Notes under the pieces: model-generated
What the model was told of the DNA's origin: nothing
The model's database searches: none
What the model saw: only the letters and a program-made list of their open reading frames with translations
Assembly (NCBI GenBank): GCA_015680685.1
Contig: MNCI01002616.1
Coordinates: 1 to 64,000 of the forward strand
Direction of reading: 5' to 3'
Origin: Gnetum montanum
Taxonomy: Eukaryota; Plantae; Gnetophyta
DNA length: 64,000 bases
Part shown: in pieces, positions 26,647 through 40,211 of the stretch
Layout: every line of letters begins with the position of its first letter
Numbering within the stretch: position 1 is the stretch's first letter
Position numbers and translations under genes: made by a program

Positions 26647-27960
26647 TTGACTGGAATCACCAAGCCTTGTAACAAATGGACACAAGAGGAGACAAATAAG
26701 TTCATGTTTGATTCAAGAGCAAAGAATTGTTTATATTGTGCTTTGAATAAATTTGAATTTAATGGAGTAGTGAGATGTAAAATGGCCAAAGAAATTTGGC
26801 AAAATTTAGAAGCTACTTGTGAAGAAACCTCTATTGTTAAGTAATCAAAATTGTTAGTTTTGCAAACTAAATACAATAAGCTTAAAATGGGAGAAGGAGC
26901 TCAATGAGCATGATGAAGGTAATGAAGATGATATTGCTCTTCTCACTAAGAAGATACAATGACTAAAAGAAAAGAAACAAGGGTACATTTCAGTAACAAT
27001 CCAATTAGTTCAAAGGTAAAGAAAGAGGTAAAAGGTTTTTAAATTATAACTTAGAATTATCTTTTATAGAATGTTGGATTTGTGAAGGAAGAGGTCATAT
27101 GGCCATTGAATGTCCTAGTAATTTTAGGTTGCACCACAAGAACAAATCCACTAATGAATTAAAGAAAACCAACTTCTATACAAGTTAGGATAATGGGGAG
27201 TAGAGCAAGGAAGAAGTGAAGGATGATTCAAAAAACTCACATCTTAGTTGCATGGCTCTTACTGATGATGATGCCAATTCATTAGAAGATGATCTTAATG
27301 ATAATGAAAGGTTTGATCTTTTAAGCAATGAGCTTATGTCATTCTAATGGCTTTGTACTAAGTTAAATAAAAAATTCAAGTATAAAGATTAGGAAATATC
27401 TTTGTTAAATTTGACTATTTCTAATCTTACTAAACAATTCTTAGACCTAAGTGCTGAGAATGAAAAGATAATCTCATCTTTAGAATAGGTGAAAGTGGAA
27501 GTAGCAGATGTTAAGTTAATAAATGAAAGATTGACAAAGGGAAAGGAATCCCTTCGAATGGTACTAAGACAAGGAAGAATTTTGCATGGCAAGAGTGGTT
27601 TGGAATGTTGCACATAAGAACAATCACCTTCTATAAGCCCATCACAATTGAATGATCCTCTAAAAGCAAAAGCCAATACATCAAAGTCAGAGGAAGTACC
27701 CATCTTTCAAAAAGGTCCTCAAAGCTTTGATTATCCTAATCTCTCATACTATCATAGGAGGATTAGGTGTTTTTATTGCCACAAGTTAGGGCATAAGAAG
27801 TGGGACTACAATCTCAAGTGTTATTCTATAAATAATTGGTCATATCATAGGACTCTTTGGTCTTATCAAAGTGCATTGAGAAAGGAATTTGTGCAAGATC
27901 ATAGGGGAGATTAGATGTCAACTCAAAATACAAAAGAAACTAGGAAAGAATGGAGAATTA
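26647..27960 (+). pseudogene. gag: SIRE gag remnant (internally deleted)
   Basis: KWTQEE..FDSRAKNCLYCAL..EFNGVVRCKMAKEIWQNLEATCE; CWICEGRGHMAIECP; CFYCHKLGHKKWD. Confidence 0.85.
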
Positions 27961-28518
27961 AATGGTAGGAATAAGAAAATCAAAACACTTTCACCAACAT
28001 ATTTATAAGAGGAAGGCAAGCTTTGGACATTGGAGAAGTTTAGTTGAGAAAAGAATCCTCAAAAGAGAAAGCTCATTCTCTAGCTCTTTGAACACCATTA
28101 CTTTTGATAGCAAAGTAGGTAAGTAGAGGTAAGTTTTATTTTATTTTTTACAAGATTTTATTAAGACTATAGTCCATTGGTAGCCTTTTCCTATCCCATC
28201 CTAATTTTGGCAAAGACGTCTTTCAAAAATGAAAGGCATCTCTTGAAATATGTCTTTCGATATATAAAGATGCCTTTCTGAATTTTTGTGCATCACAAGA
28301 AAGACATATACTATGCATGAAAGATGTCTACTATGAATTTTAAACACATGGAAGATGTCTTCCTCTTGTAAAAGACATCTTCTTTTTCATTCAAAACCCT
28401 TGTGCACCACTGTTAGTAAAATACAAAACTCTCACTTTTGTCATATTCCTTCAAATTTCTTTAGTTCAACGTCATAGAGATGACTAGGACTCCACCATTT
28501 ATAGTGATTTTGTTTGAG

Positions 28519-30070
28519 ATGGCCCACAAGAAAGTAGGAACGTCTAGGCTGCCATCCAAGAAGCATTCAAAAGGAGGTTCTAGTAGAGCACCATCCTCTT
28601 ACATGCCCCAGTTTCATAACATAGACATACAACACAATTTTGAGACAACTTGAACCACTAGCATAATTTTTGAATGTTCTCTTACATTTCCAACTCATAG
28701 GCAACAAACCATGCTAGATTATTTTAAGCTTTTGAACTAAAGTACTTTCATTACTATGAATTTTCTAGTTCTTGTGGTACTAACTAGGAGGTTCTATTAT
28801 AATATCATTGTTTCTAATGTCATTATTGGGGTATTCACATCCATAGTTGGGGAAATTTTTGTTGAGGTCTCTCCCCAAGTTGTGAATGCAATTTTGGGTA
28901 TTTCTAATCTAGATGTCTTCTGGGTAACCATCGATATCATGCATTATATTTATAAAAATGGTATAATGCCCATAGGACATGAATTCTATGATGTATTGTT
29001 TGGTAGAGACATGTCATTTGATAGGGAACATATTGAGAGAAGCTAGATGACTCTTAATGCCTCCACCTTATCTCTTATTGTTATGTTAACATCATGGTCT
29101 TATCTACTACTATTCCAAACTTTTGTACTTTAAATTTTTTTTACAAGATTACTATTGGATATGGGACACACACTCTGCTAAGATATTTTGAGCCTTTATT
29201 CCAAGGAGAAAATTCTTGGGCACATCTACCTCATTAGTGTACTGATTTTCTAGAGGGGTGTACCTATTCAAGAGTTTCCTTTACTTAAAGACAAGAAGTC
29301 TTAGCGAGTACGTTGAGAAGAGTACTTCCCATGCAATAGAAGCAGGATCTAGCACTAGATCTTAGAAACAAAAGAAGGAAGCATATTCATAGCCCATAAG
29401 ATGAAAATCCATGGGTGCTTTGATCAGTTCATCATTGAAAAAGATTCTTTGACCCTTTGCACAAGTTATTAAGAAACTTGGGAGAAACCTCTCTTACTTG
29501 CATAAGAGTTTGGATGTAGCTAGCATTCTAGCTCCCTTCGATGAGTAGATGTTTAAGGAGGTCACTAATCCTCCTATTTCTAATAGTGAGGAAGGTGTTC
29601 TTGTCCCACTGAGGCATTCTTTAGTAGTTGGACCCTCATGCACATATGACTTAGGGATGGAGCTAGATTTAGAGCCAGAGGCATCCCCAGCTAGTGTCTA
29701 GGGGAAGCATCATGCTTCCATGTAGTAGCTAGAGCATCATGATCCAATACCTCCTACTTAATTTCTTTTTCTACTAATGCTCCTAGCTTATTTGATCAAT
29801 AGGCTATGAAGAACATCTTTTGTACCATATCCCAATGGGTACTGGTCTAGCAACCTCTAGCTCCATTAGTGCTAGTAGCTTCATCTTGTTTTTGAGTGAA
29901 GGTTCATCCCAGGTGAGCTCCTGTTCACTTGATTGAGTCATATGATGAGAATGCATAGAGATTGAGTCATCACAATACTAGTAGTGATGATGATGAGGAG
30001 AAGACCTATCATCCATCTGGAGTAGTAGAGGATTCAAAGTATGAGGATGTGATCAAGGTTAGTGATTGAG
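28519..30070 (+). pseudogene. SIRE env-like accessory ORF (putative plant transposon protein domain plus acidic low-complexity tail)
   Basis: MAHKK start; LTRRFYYNI..FTSIVGEIFVEVSPQVVNAILGI matches the LVREFYAN..S.VRG..I.FSP..IN.ILG pattern of the Transposase_32-type domain. Confidence 0.7.
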
Positions 30071-31319
30071 ATCTTGGGTGGTTTTTTTCTCTTCATTTTT
30101 TGATGCTAAAGAAGGAAGAGATATTTTTTGGTTCTCACATATCTAATTTTGGAATTTTGCACATATGTTATTAATGTGATGTGACAGTTGTTGAAAGTTA
30201 TGCTCTGATGTGATTATGGATAATTTGGATTGTAATAGTTTTTGGATGAGTTATAAACACATGGTGTTTTTCCTTGTTAGCTTTGTGGTATACTATTTCT
30301 CGATATTTTTCTTGCACTATTGCACCCCCTTACATCACAACACATTATCTTAATCTCTAGCTACCATAGGACTTTATATGTCTTAATAATTTCATTGGTC
30401 TATTTATATGCATTTTATTTACATGCATTATGCTTTTTGGTTATGTCCAAAAAGGGGGGGAGAAAGTAGAATTGTTTTATATAGGAGTTGTTTTATATTG
30501 TTGTTTTATATTGGGACAAAACTAATCCATTTTCTTAAGTTTTGGACATTATCAAAAAGAGGGAGATTGTGGACCTTTTGGTATGTCAAAATGTTAAGAA
30601 AAATGGAGAACAAGGTTGTTTGTGTGGCTATGTGATTATTGTGTTTGTAGGACAAGAACTTGGATTAAAACAAGAAGGTTTTCAGAAGCTCAAGAACATG
30701 GATAAGGAACAAAGAATTCAAAGTGCAAAGAAAGGATGAAGAAAGATGTCTTCAAGAAATAGTAGACATCTTGATAGAATTTAAGGCAGCACATGCAAAG
30801 ATGTCTCTGCAAAACAATAGATATCTTTCATTAGACAAAGACATCTTTGCATACTGAAGGTCAGTTATAGAAAGACATCTTTCACTAGATAAAGATGTCT
30901 TTCAAGAATGGAGGCTAGATGCAGAAAGTTGTCTAAGCCATGAAGAAGACATATTTCATGATCATTAACAAGATATTACACAAGTTCCAAGATGAATTTG
31001 GAAATATAGTGGCTATAAGAAGACATCATTGTGTAATCATTGTTACTCATTGTATTATCTTTTTTTTGTTGTAAAGTAAGCTATACCTCAAGTACAAGGA
31101 TCAACAAACTGAGTTGCATTCATCCCTTGTAATTGTTTTTCTCTTTTGTTATCCTATGGGGTTGATGTGGTTCTTGCAAAAAGTCATCTTGCTTGAGCAT
31201 GTTGGGATCTCACAGGATTGAGTGTTGGTATAATGCCACAACCATTTGGAGCAAAGCTCAAGACTATAAAGGTTGTGGAATCTTGGAAATCACATTCTAA
31301 GCTTCTTTAGTGAAAAATT

Positions 31320-31995
31320 GATTTAGGCACTAGAGGATTTTGATCTACTTGCTGGGGAGAGGTTCTCAATGATGATACCTCCTCCTCCTTCTTCTGTGAT
31401 CTAGTTCTTGGTCCTGCTTCAGCTATATTTGAAAAACATCACTTCTTAACATATTCGTTGAGGCTCCTCTTGCCTTTGAGCTAAGGAATATTTGGAATAG
31501 ACATACCCTTCTGACGTATCAACAAGCTGATAAGGTAGGGGTGACCAAGGACTTTTTCCTTGGTAAACAAACTCAACATGTCCTAGCAAAGTGTACATTC
31601 TAGATCTAATGGTAGTCATGTGACAAGACAATAAAGAAAAAAAAACTTGGGGTGGTAGAAAATAATTGTAACTTTTCCCTTTTACCATAATATTATACAA
31701 CATGATAACAAATAGGGTGAAAGAGTCAAGAGTCATCATTCTCCTCTCAACATGACCTTTGTCAAAGGATACATATTTTACAAACAAAACATCACAAAAT
31801 TCATCATATCCTATGGGCATTATACCATTTGTATAAATGTCATGCATGGTATTAATGGTTCTAGAAGACATTTGCATTGGAGATCCAAAGGATTTCATTC
31901 ATAACTTGGGGAGAGACCTTGATGAGAATATCCCCAACCATGAAAATGAATGCCCCAACAATAGCACTTGTAACAAAAATATTACAATAGAATTC
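31320..31995 (-). pseudogene. SIRE env-like/accessory ORF fragment; its 3' end continues at 25896-25490
   Basis: EFYCNI and IMPIGYDEFCDVLF match the plus-strand copy at 28756-29046. Confidence 0.7.
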
Positions 31996-32279
31996 TCTAA
32001 TCAACACTTAACTCTACTTAATAGATGCTTACAAAAACAAAACATTACCTCTACTTACCTACTATTCCATCAAAAATTAAATGTACCCAGAGAGCTAGAG
32101 ATGGAATTTCCTTTTTTTAGGATTCTCTTCTTAGACAAACTTCTTTAATGTCTAAGGCTTGGCTTCCTCTCATGAATTTGTTAGTGAGAGTTTCTTGGTT
32201 CCCCTTCCTTTTAATTCTCTATTCTTTCATGATTCCTTTGTTCTTTTGAGTTGCTATGCAATCTCTCCTATGATCCTAC

Positions 32280-33895
32280 AAAATGTCCTTTTGTGGTGCA
32301 CTTTAATAAGACCAAGAAGTCCTATGATATGACCAGATATTTATATGATAATACTTAAGATTGCAATCCCATTGTTTATGTCCTAACTTATGAAAATAGT
32401 AGCACATAATCCTATTATGATAGTATGAATGATTTAGATGATCAAACCTTTTAGGACCATTTTGATGGATAGGAGCTTCCTTTGATTTTGATGTAGTAAC
32501 ATTTTTCTTCGATGTATCATTTGACTATGATGGGTTTATTGAAGTTGGTTGCTCTTGCATGCAGCATCCCAAACCATTCTTATCATGTGGACTTCTTCAT
32601 TTTACTAGTACCATTTGAAGGGATTCCTTTCCCTTTACTAGCCTTTCATTCACTAGCTTGACATCTACAATTTCTACTTTGGCTTGTTCATAAGATAAGG
32701 TTAGCTTTTCATTATTAGTCCTTAGATCTGAGAGCTTCTTAGTGAGGTTAGAAATAGTTAAATTTAATAAGGAGATCTTCTGATCTTTAGTTTTAACTTG
32801 TTTATCTAACTTATTGCAAAAATTATGAAAAGACAAAAGTTCATTACATAAAAGATCAAACCTCTCTTCATCATTAAGATCATCATATGATGAATTAGCA
32901 TCATCATCAGTGAGGGCCATGTAGCTAAGATGAGAAATTTTTGTGGGTCTTCTTCACCTCATCATAGGGTTTGTTCTTGTGCTGCAACCTACTATTGCAA
33001 GGACTTCTAGAGGCCATATGACCTCTTCCACCACAAATCCAACACTCTATAGAAGAGAAATAAATGTTATAATTTAAAACATTTTTACCTCTTTCTTTAC
33101 CTTTGAATATGTTGGATCTTTGTTGATCTTGCCCCTTGCTTCTTCTTGCTATCAATCATTATAGCTTCCTTGAGAGAAAGACATTCTCATCTTCACTACC
33201 TTCATCATGCTTAGTAAGCTCTTCCTTGGAGGTATTTTTTATAGTGATGGGTTTTTCTTGGATATCTCCTTCACTTATGAGGTTCATTTCATAAGAAATG
33301 AGAGCACTTTGAAGCTCTTCAAATTTTAGAGTTAAAAAATATCTAATTTTCTCCATGATCATGACCTTTGGTCTAAACTCTAGTTGAAGTGTTCTGATCA
33401 TTTTAATGATGACATTACTCTTGGGAAAATATTTATCAGTACCTCTAAGGGCTACAAAAATATCATTTTCTCTAGAGAAGTAATCATTTATTTTCTCACA
33501 TTCTCTCATTTTAAGCTTATCATATTCACTTTACAAAACTAAAAATTTAGATTGTTTAACAATAGAGATTCCTTCATAAGTAGCTTCTAATGTTTTTCAA
33601 ATTTCATTGGTCATTTTACATCCTACTACTTTATTAAACTTAGATTTATTCAAATTTTAATATAAACAATTTCTAGATTTTGAGTTAAAATGAACTTATG
33701 TTTCTCCTCTTGTGTCCATTTGTTGTGGGGCTTGATGGTTTTAGTGGAGTTGTTGATAGGCGGAGTATAGCCTTCAAGGATAGACTCCCAAACTTCAAAT
33801 TTCATAGATTCAAAGAATCATTATATCTTAGGTTTCAAATAGGTGAATTCAAATCCATTGAACATGAGTGGATTTGTATAAGATATCTTTTCCAT
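32280..33895 (-). pseudogene. gag: Copia/SIRE gag pseudogene
   Basis: PLMFNG.EFTY, MRECEKINDYFSR, KMIRTLQLEFRPKV, LKFEELQSALISYE; zinc knuckle CWICGGRGH; coiled coil; second knuckle (..HKLGHKQWDC). Confidence 0.85.
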
Positions 33896-35998
33896 TGTTC
33901 ACTCTTGAAGTTGATGACAAAGAAGAGTACCAAGCTTTAATACCACTTGAGGATCAGTGAACTTAGAAGGAAGGGATGAATAAGTTTCCATAATAAAAAA
34001 ATTCTTTGAAATAAAGCACACACCAAAATTAACATGGTTTCCAAAATTGGGTAGTCCACACTTAGAGGGTAGTTCGGTAGCACACCTCTAGACTTTGTTG
34101 ATCTCAAAATGTGGTTTGAAGGGTATGATACCCTGTACAAGCTCTAAGCTTTGCTTTAGAGTGATTTGACATGAGGAATGTACTTAACCTTGCAAGGTCT
34201 TGACAAGCTTAGAATGTGATTTCAAGGATCCCACAACATTTACAACTTGAGCTCCACTTCAGAGTGTTGTGGCACTACATGAACCCTCAATTCTGTAGGA
34301 TCCCAACAAGCTCAAGCAAGATGCCTTCCTACAAGCACCACATCAACCTCATAGGGTAACAAAAGAGTTCACAAAAATTATAAGGAATGGATGAAAATAA
34401 GTTTGCTAATCCTTTTTCTTTGAGGTACAACTTAATGTAACCAATTACAATAGGCAAAGATAATAAAATGAGGAACAATAACAAGAGAATGATGATTACA
34501 ATTATTGCTTGACAATGACACTTGATAGTACATAATGCTTGCACATTTCCCAATGGAATGAAGTCTTCTTAGAGCTAATATGTTTTTGAAATCACCTTGG
34601 AATTTATGTAATGACTATCTAACGACCATTGGATATGTCTTCTTTGAGGCTAAGATGCCTTTCTATCTTAGACTTTCATTCTGGAAATACATCTTCTTCA
34701 TAGGAAAGATGTGTTTATGAAGATGTCTTTAGAAAGTTGTCTTTATAGTGAGAAAGATGTTTGTTATTTTTCAAAGAAATCTTCATTTGAGCAACCTTTA
34801 ATTTGACCAAGGTGTTTGCTATTTCTTAAAGATATCTTTCTTTAGCTTCCTTTGCACTTTGAAATCTTTGTTCCTTGCTCATGCTCTTTGAATTTCTACT
34901 TGCTTTCTTGTAGATGTCCTTGAGTTCTCCTTTTGTCCAAATGCAAGTTCATACCATAAAAACACAACAGCCACATAAAAAACTTTGTTTTTTCATTTTT
35001 CTTAATGTTTTGACATACCAAAAGGTGAATAATAGGGCCATTTTTGTATATCATCTTATAGGTGATTTTGGAAAATGACACAGTGATGCTAATGTTGTAC
35101 CTAGTGATGATGACACTAGACCTAATAAATATGATATTAATGTTGTATCAGCATTAACATTTCTACTATTAGTGACATAGATGTTAGGATAGAGCTCATG
35201 GAATAAAAATGACGTAAGAATCATTGTTAAGCATGTAGATGACATAGTTGATGATGGGACTAGCAATTTTAATTTCTTAAAATTTAAAAGTGCTCTATGA
35301 ACTTAAGAAATAAGCCTTGAATTTGTATTTGAACCTAGTATTTATAGGTTTATGATTTTCTAAAATTACCTAGAGTTTAGTATAGTTAGCTTGTAGGTAG
35401 GTGATGTAGATGTTGCATTAGCATCACCTACATCAACCTAGGTTGATGCTCTCTACTCTAAATTGTGAATTTCAGATTCTAGGGATCATCATTGATGCTT
35501 GAATTAACATTGGATATTACCAAGATGATGTCTAGTGGATACTAAGGACCACATGAGGCTCTAAAATATGGTCTAAAGTGAAGTTTTCATATACTAGTTC
35601 TTAAGTGACACTGGAAGGTAATGCTAATAGTATGTCAGCATCACCTAAGCATTAAAAAAGTGAAACATGATATTTTATGCCTTCTTTGTTCTTAAATGTT
35701 ACTAAAACTAATTTTTGTAATCTCAAGGATAATGTAGACTAGTTGATGGAGGTCCAATAAATGAGAAAATACAGTCCAAAAATAAGTTTTTATGTGATGA
35801 TGTAGTAGACATAGTGACATTGTGTGAGTATTACCTTGATGATACTTACTATTTTAACTATTTCCAAAGTCTTCAAGATCACTAAAACTGATGTTTGTTA
35901 CCCTGAGGATGATGCATACTAATTGTGAGAGGTTCCATAGAGATAAAATTAAACTTGGAGGATAATTTCCTAATGTTGTTCATGTAGGTGATGTTGTG

Positions 35999-37656
35999 TG
36001 TAACACCTAGAAAATTTGGTTGCTAGAAAATTGAGAATTCCAGGCTACTATAGTTTTAACCCCTATTCTCAAGGGCCTTCAAGAATAAGATTCAAGGTGC
36101 CCTAGATAGTCTTGTTTATCACCCAAGGACTTACAAAATGTAAACAAGAAAATAAATTACAAATTCAAACAAAAATTAATTAACATAGAATGAAACTTTG
36201 AATAAAATTTGCACTACAACTAAACTGAAAATTTTATTAAATAAAATTGTAAAGTTCAAGAAGTATCGATGGTGTACCCAAAGCACAAGAAGTTGGCTTG
36301 AGTGGAGTTTGAAGCTAGTTGGAAATAACAAGATGTGTTCTATAGTTGATCTCCATAATTTAGGTACTTCCCAATTCCAATCCCTTGCAACTCCTTGTTG
36401 GTTTTCTATCCAAATCTACAACTGTGGCTATGGGTTATGATAATAGTGGTAGAAGTTTATCTTTTCAATGGTGCTACACCAAGGGTCTCTAATACTCAGC
36501 ACAGATACCAAAGTGGAATTTAAGCTATCAAAGATGTAAAAAGGCTGATCATTGGGAAACACTGCTTTTCTTTTTATTTTGGAATCAAAGTTGGGAATTG
36601 TTGGAAATTGCTGCTGATCCAAAAAAAAAGTTGGAACCTTAATATGATGTTCAAGCTTGGTTTTTATAGGCTTTAGGGTGTTGATTTAATGTTTCAAATT
36701 ACTACCATGATTGTTGATAGATTGATTGTAGGCATAATGACTTTAATTTCTAGCATAGTTGACCATTTCTAATAACTTTTCATGCCCCCAAGCTACCAAA
36801 ATTCATTCATTTATCAAAAACAGTAAATGGACTTTTGTGACTATGCTAGCCTTTACCTTGAATACACTAGCCTTGGAGACTATGTTGGGTGTTGAAATCT
36901 CCTGAAATCATGGCAACTACATTGGCTACTAAAGGTCTAGTTGATTGTGTTGGCCATGGTATCACCACTAAGAAGTTGCCTTGACTACACTGGCCATTGT
37001 TGGAAAAATGGAAAACCCAACAATACCAATGTTGGTTTTGTAGCTACACTGGGTTTTGTGGTGACTACACTACATATCTAGCCATTGTTGCAAGAAATTC
37101 AAAACCCAACATCATCTATGCTAGGGTAAGATAACTTTAGCGTAGTTGGGGTTGTACCTCTACAAAAACCCATAAAAATGCCAATATTGGTAGTCCCTAA
37201 GGCACTTTTGACCTTCCCAAGCCCATATATAAACATAGTAGCATAGTTTCTACTTAGGAAGTGAGGTAGCAACAACTTATAAGGTATTTTTCAGCCCCAA
37301 CAAGTTAAAGTATGCAATATTGTTGCTAGTGGGCTACTACTCTTACATTTACAATGAAATTTTTACCTCAAGTCAAGTGGTAAAGGTTACAAGTTACAAC
37401 ATGTGCTTTGTAAGTGGTGTTTCATTGGCCCCTCTTTGTTGATGTTTGAAGGATTAACATGAGAGACATCAACAAAGAATATAAAATACCACTACAAGCC
37501 CATCATTAAAGGTTACAATTAGCTCCACTTGAAAGGGATATGCATCTTGCATTGTAGATGTTACAAAGTTTTTTCAATTGAATTGTTGTGCAAAAAGAGA
37601 TAGAGAAAAGAATGCTAGCTTTCTTGTTATTGATCACTATGGTCATGGGTGTCACT
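35999..37656 (-). mobile_element. Tat-clade element B: 3' UTR stub, PPT and 3' LTR (37424-35999)
   Basis: Minus strand reads CAAAGAGGGGCCAA|TGAAACACC at 37424 and ends ...TGTTACA at 35999. The terminal region aligns with the LTRs at 37657 and 44530-44679. Confidence 0.7.
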
Positions 37657-39974
37657 TGTTACAATGGAAAATATTGATCACTAGAAAAACCAAGGATTTT
37701 CAATTGTAAGCAGTCTCAACCTTGAATCCCCTAGGGTCTCCATAAGAAAAATAGAATTCAAGGTACCCTAGCCAGTCCAGTAGATCACCCAAGGACTTGA
37801 GGGGGGTACAAAATGGGGGAACAAAGCAAGAAGATGCAGATATCTAAAGTAATGCTCTAAAAATGTAGCCATTATCTTTGGAATTATACACAAAATAAAA
37901 TCATCAACTTTATTAAATAAATAAAGAATTAGTTCAAAGTGGTGTACAAATTTGGGGTGCAAGAGGGGGGCAAAGGGGGGTTCACTTGGGTAGGGGTTTA
38001 GAGCTTCATGAAGCCAAGATCAACTCCATGATCTAGTATCTTTTTCACTTTTGATGCTATTGAACCTCCTTTGTTACCACCTTAGATCTACAATGTTGGT
38101 TACTACTAGGGTTAGGAAAATGTAAAGGATTGGGGTAGCCAAAGTGCACCACACTGGGATTTGGGGATCCCAAGGGGTAACGTTGACGCCTAAAGCTCAC
38201 TAATCCTAAAGGGAATAATAGGTTGTTGAGGTTCCACATTGTTGAGCTCCAAGAAGCTATGTTTTTACTAAGGAATCAAGAGCTCTTGGATGCACAAAAT
38301 GTCAAGGGTGTTGAATTGCAAAAGTGTGGAACCTTGACATGGTACCAAGGTTTGGTTTTTATAAGGGTATGGCCATGATTTGGATGAAAAATTGGCTACA
38401 AATGGTTGACTGATTGGTTGTCAAACTGCTCAAAATTAGCTACCATGTTTAGGGGAATAGGTCAGATGTAGCCTCATGCATCCTAGCTATCTAGTCTCTT
38501 TCATGCTATTTGATCCCCTCTCCCCTAGTTTAATGATCCCCTTCCCACTAGGGGGAGAGTGTCAATTTTGAGGGGGGATGGAAGGACGACACTGGGGATG
38601 AATCTCAACCTCTCTAGGCTAGGTTACCCCCATTTCCATGCTGGGTGTAGGTGAGTTCTACCCTTGTACACTCATCCATGTTGACCTTGAAGTCTCCTAG
38701 CTTAGCTTATCCCCCTTTCAGGGGTTGTGCTAGTGTAGAAAAATGTGTACTACCCATAAAACCCACAAAATTGCCATTTTTGGCATTCCAAAAGGCATTT
38801 TTGACTTTTCAAAGTCCAAATATAAATACTAAGTGACTCTTTTCACTTGGAGAATGAATCCTTGATGACTTACGAAGTGTTTTTCAGCCTTAAAAGTATG
38901 AAACATGTGAGATTTCCCCCTTATGGATTGCAACCTTCACATTTACAATAAAATATTATCTAAGGTTTCATGGGATGCAGTTACAAAGGTTTTGTCATGC
39001 AAATTTGGTGGTGTTTCATTGGCCCCTCTTTGTTGGTATCTGGAGGATTGACCCAAGAGGTACCATCAAAGAATACAAAACATCACTGTGGGTTCACCAC
39101 CAATGTTCCCTCTCTATGCTTGATTTAGTCATGTCAAACCATGTTGAAGAGTGCTTGTGATGATGGGATTGGGATATGATGGAGGAATGGTAGTGGTAAC
39201 TAGGAAGATGGTCATGGAGGCTAAAAATGCATTCCAAGTGTTGTCATCATGGCTATAGCATGGCACTAACATGTTTTAAAGTGTTGGCAATTTGGCAATT
39301 GTTTTTGAAGACTTGACCATCTTGCTCCAAGATTTCTTTGATCATTGGTCTTTGAGACTTATTTGGCCATTTCGCTCCTTGGAAATTTGCTTCTCCTATT
39401 GCTCATTTTTTTTATTTTTTATTTGTGAGGTAAAACCTTTATTGGGTTTCATTTTCAAGGGTGGTCTGACATAGTTTTCCCATTAAGTGAGTTGCATTAC
39501 ACTCAATGGACTTGAGGGATATCCCATCGAATGAGGTGTTTTATACTTTATGGACTTAGTGATTTTTTCACTAAATGAGTTGCGTTACATTCGACTGGAC
39601 TTGAGGATGAAGCATGATGAAGAGATATCATGTAGCTATAGTGTATGAGTGGCAAACATAGGCTAACATTATTGCTTAGGATAAGGAAGGCTATCATCAG
39701 GCTAAGGGGTTGGGCTCAATGAGTGGTGTTAGAGGGAGGGAAATGGTACAAGTACTCTTGATAAAACAAGATAAACTAACTAAATCCTGCACATTCAGGT
39801 CATGTGATGATTTGCTATCATAATGAGTTTCACCCTTGCAATGGTCCCAGGCTTCATCCTACAAACACAACTCTGAGAGGACAAGAAAACCAAGCAAACA
39901 AAGCATGTTACAACATTGCAATGCATATATAGGCTACATGTAGAATGAAACCAAGTCACCTAGGTTACTAATGT

Positions 39975-40178
39975 TGCCAATTTAATGCCATGGTAGGCCA
40001 TGGTACCAATTTAAGGCCTTGGCAGGCTGTGGTGTCAGTTTAAGGTCATAGTAGACCATGATGCTGGTTTAGGTCCTTGGTAGGTTGAATTGCTAGTTCA
40101 AGACCTCAACATGCTATGGTGTTACTAGTTTTAGGCCCTGGTAGGTCATGGTAGTAGTTTAAGGCCTTGGAAAACCAT
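39975..40178 (-). repeat. Tandem hairpin array of about 29 bp immediately 3' of the integrase stop (element C)
   Basis: Minus-strand units such as GGTC-TACTAT-GACC-TTAAACTG. Confidence 0.75.
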
Positions 40179-40211
40179 GTTAAGGTAGGGTCACTTGTTG
40201 ATGACTATCAG

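Larger units (their letters stand above)
25897..31310 (+). mobile_element. Same-family pol-less SIRE-like copy, inserted inverted into the minus-strand element; both LTRs truncated by deletions
   Basis: LTRs start TGTGGA at 25897 and 30568; multiple PPT-like AAAAAGGGGGAG tracts (about 30080, 30450, 30555), as in Sireviruses; gag remnants and an env-like ORF lie between. Confidence 0.8.
23988..35031 (-). mobile_element. SIRE-like Ty1/Copia element without pol (5' LTR 35031-33948, 3' LTR 25066-23988)
   Basis: LTRs of about 1.08 kb align and end TTATTCATCCC..TCTAAG..CCTCA (SIRE-like). PBS TGGTATTAAAGC at 33945; PPT CAAAAAGGGGAAGAT; TSD ACAGG (23983-23987) / ATAGG (35032-35036). Confidence 0.85.
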
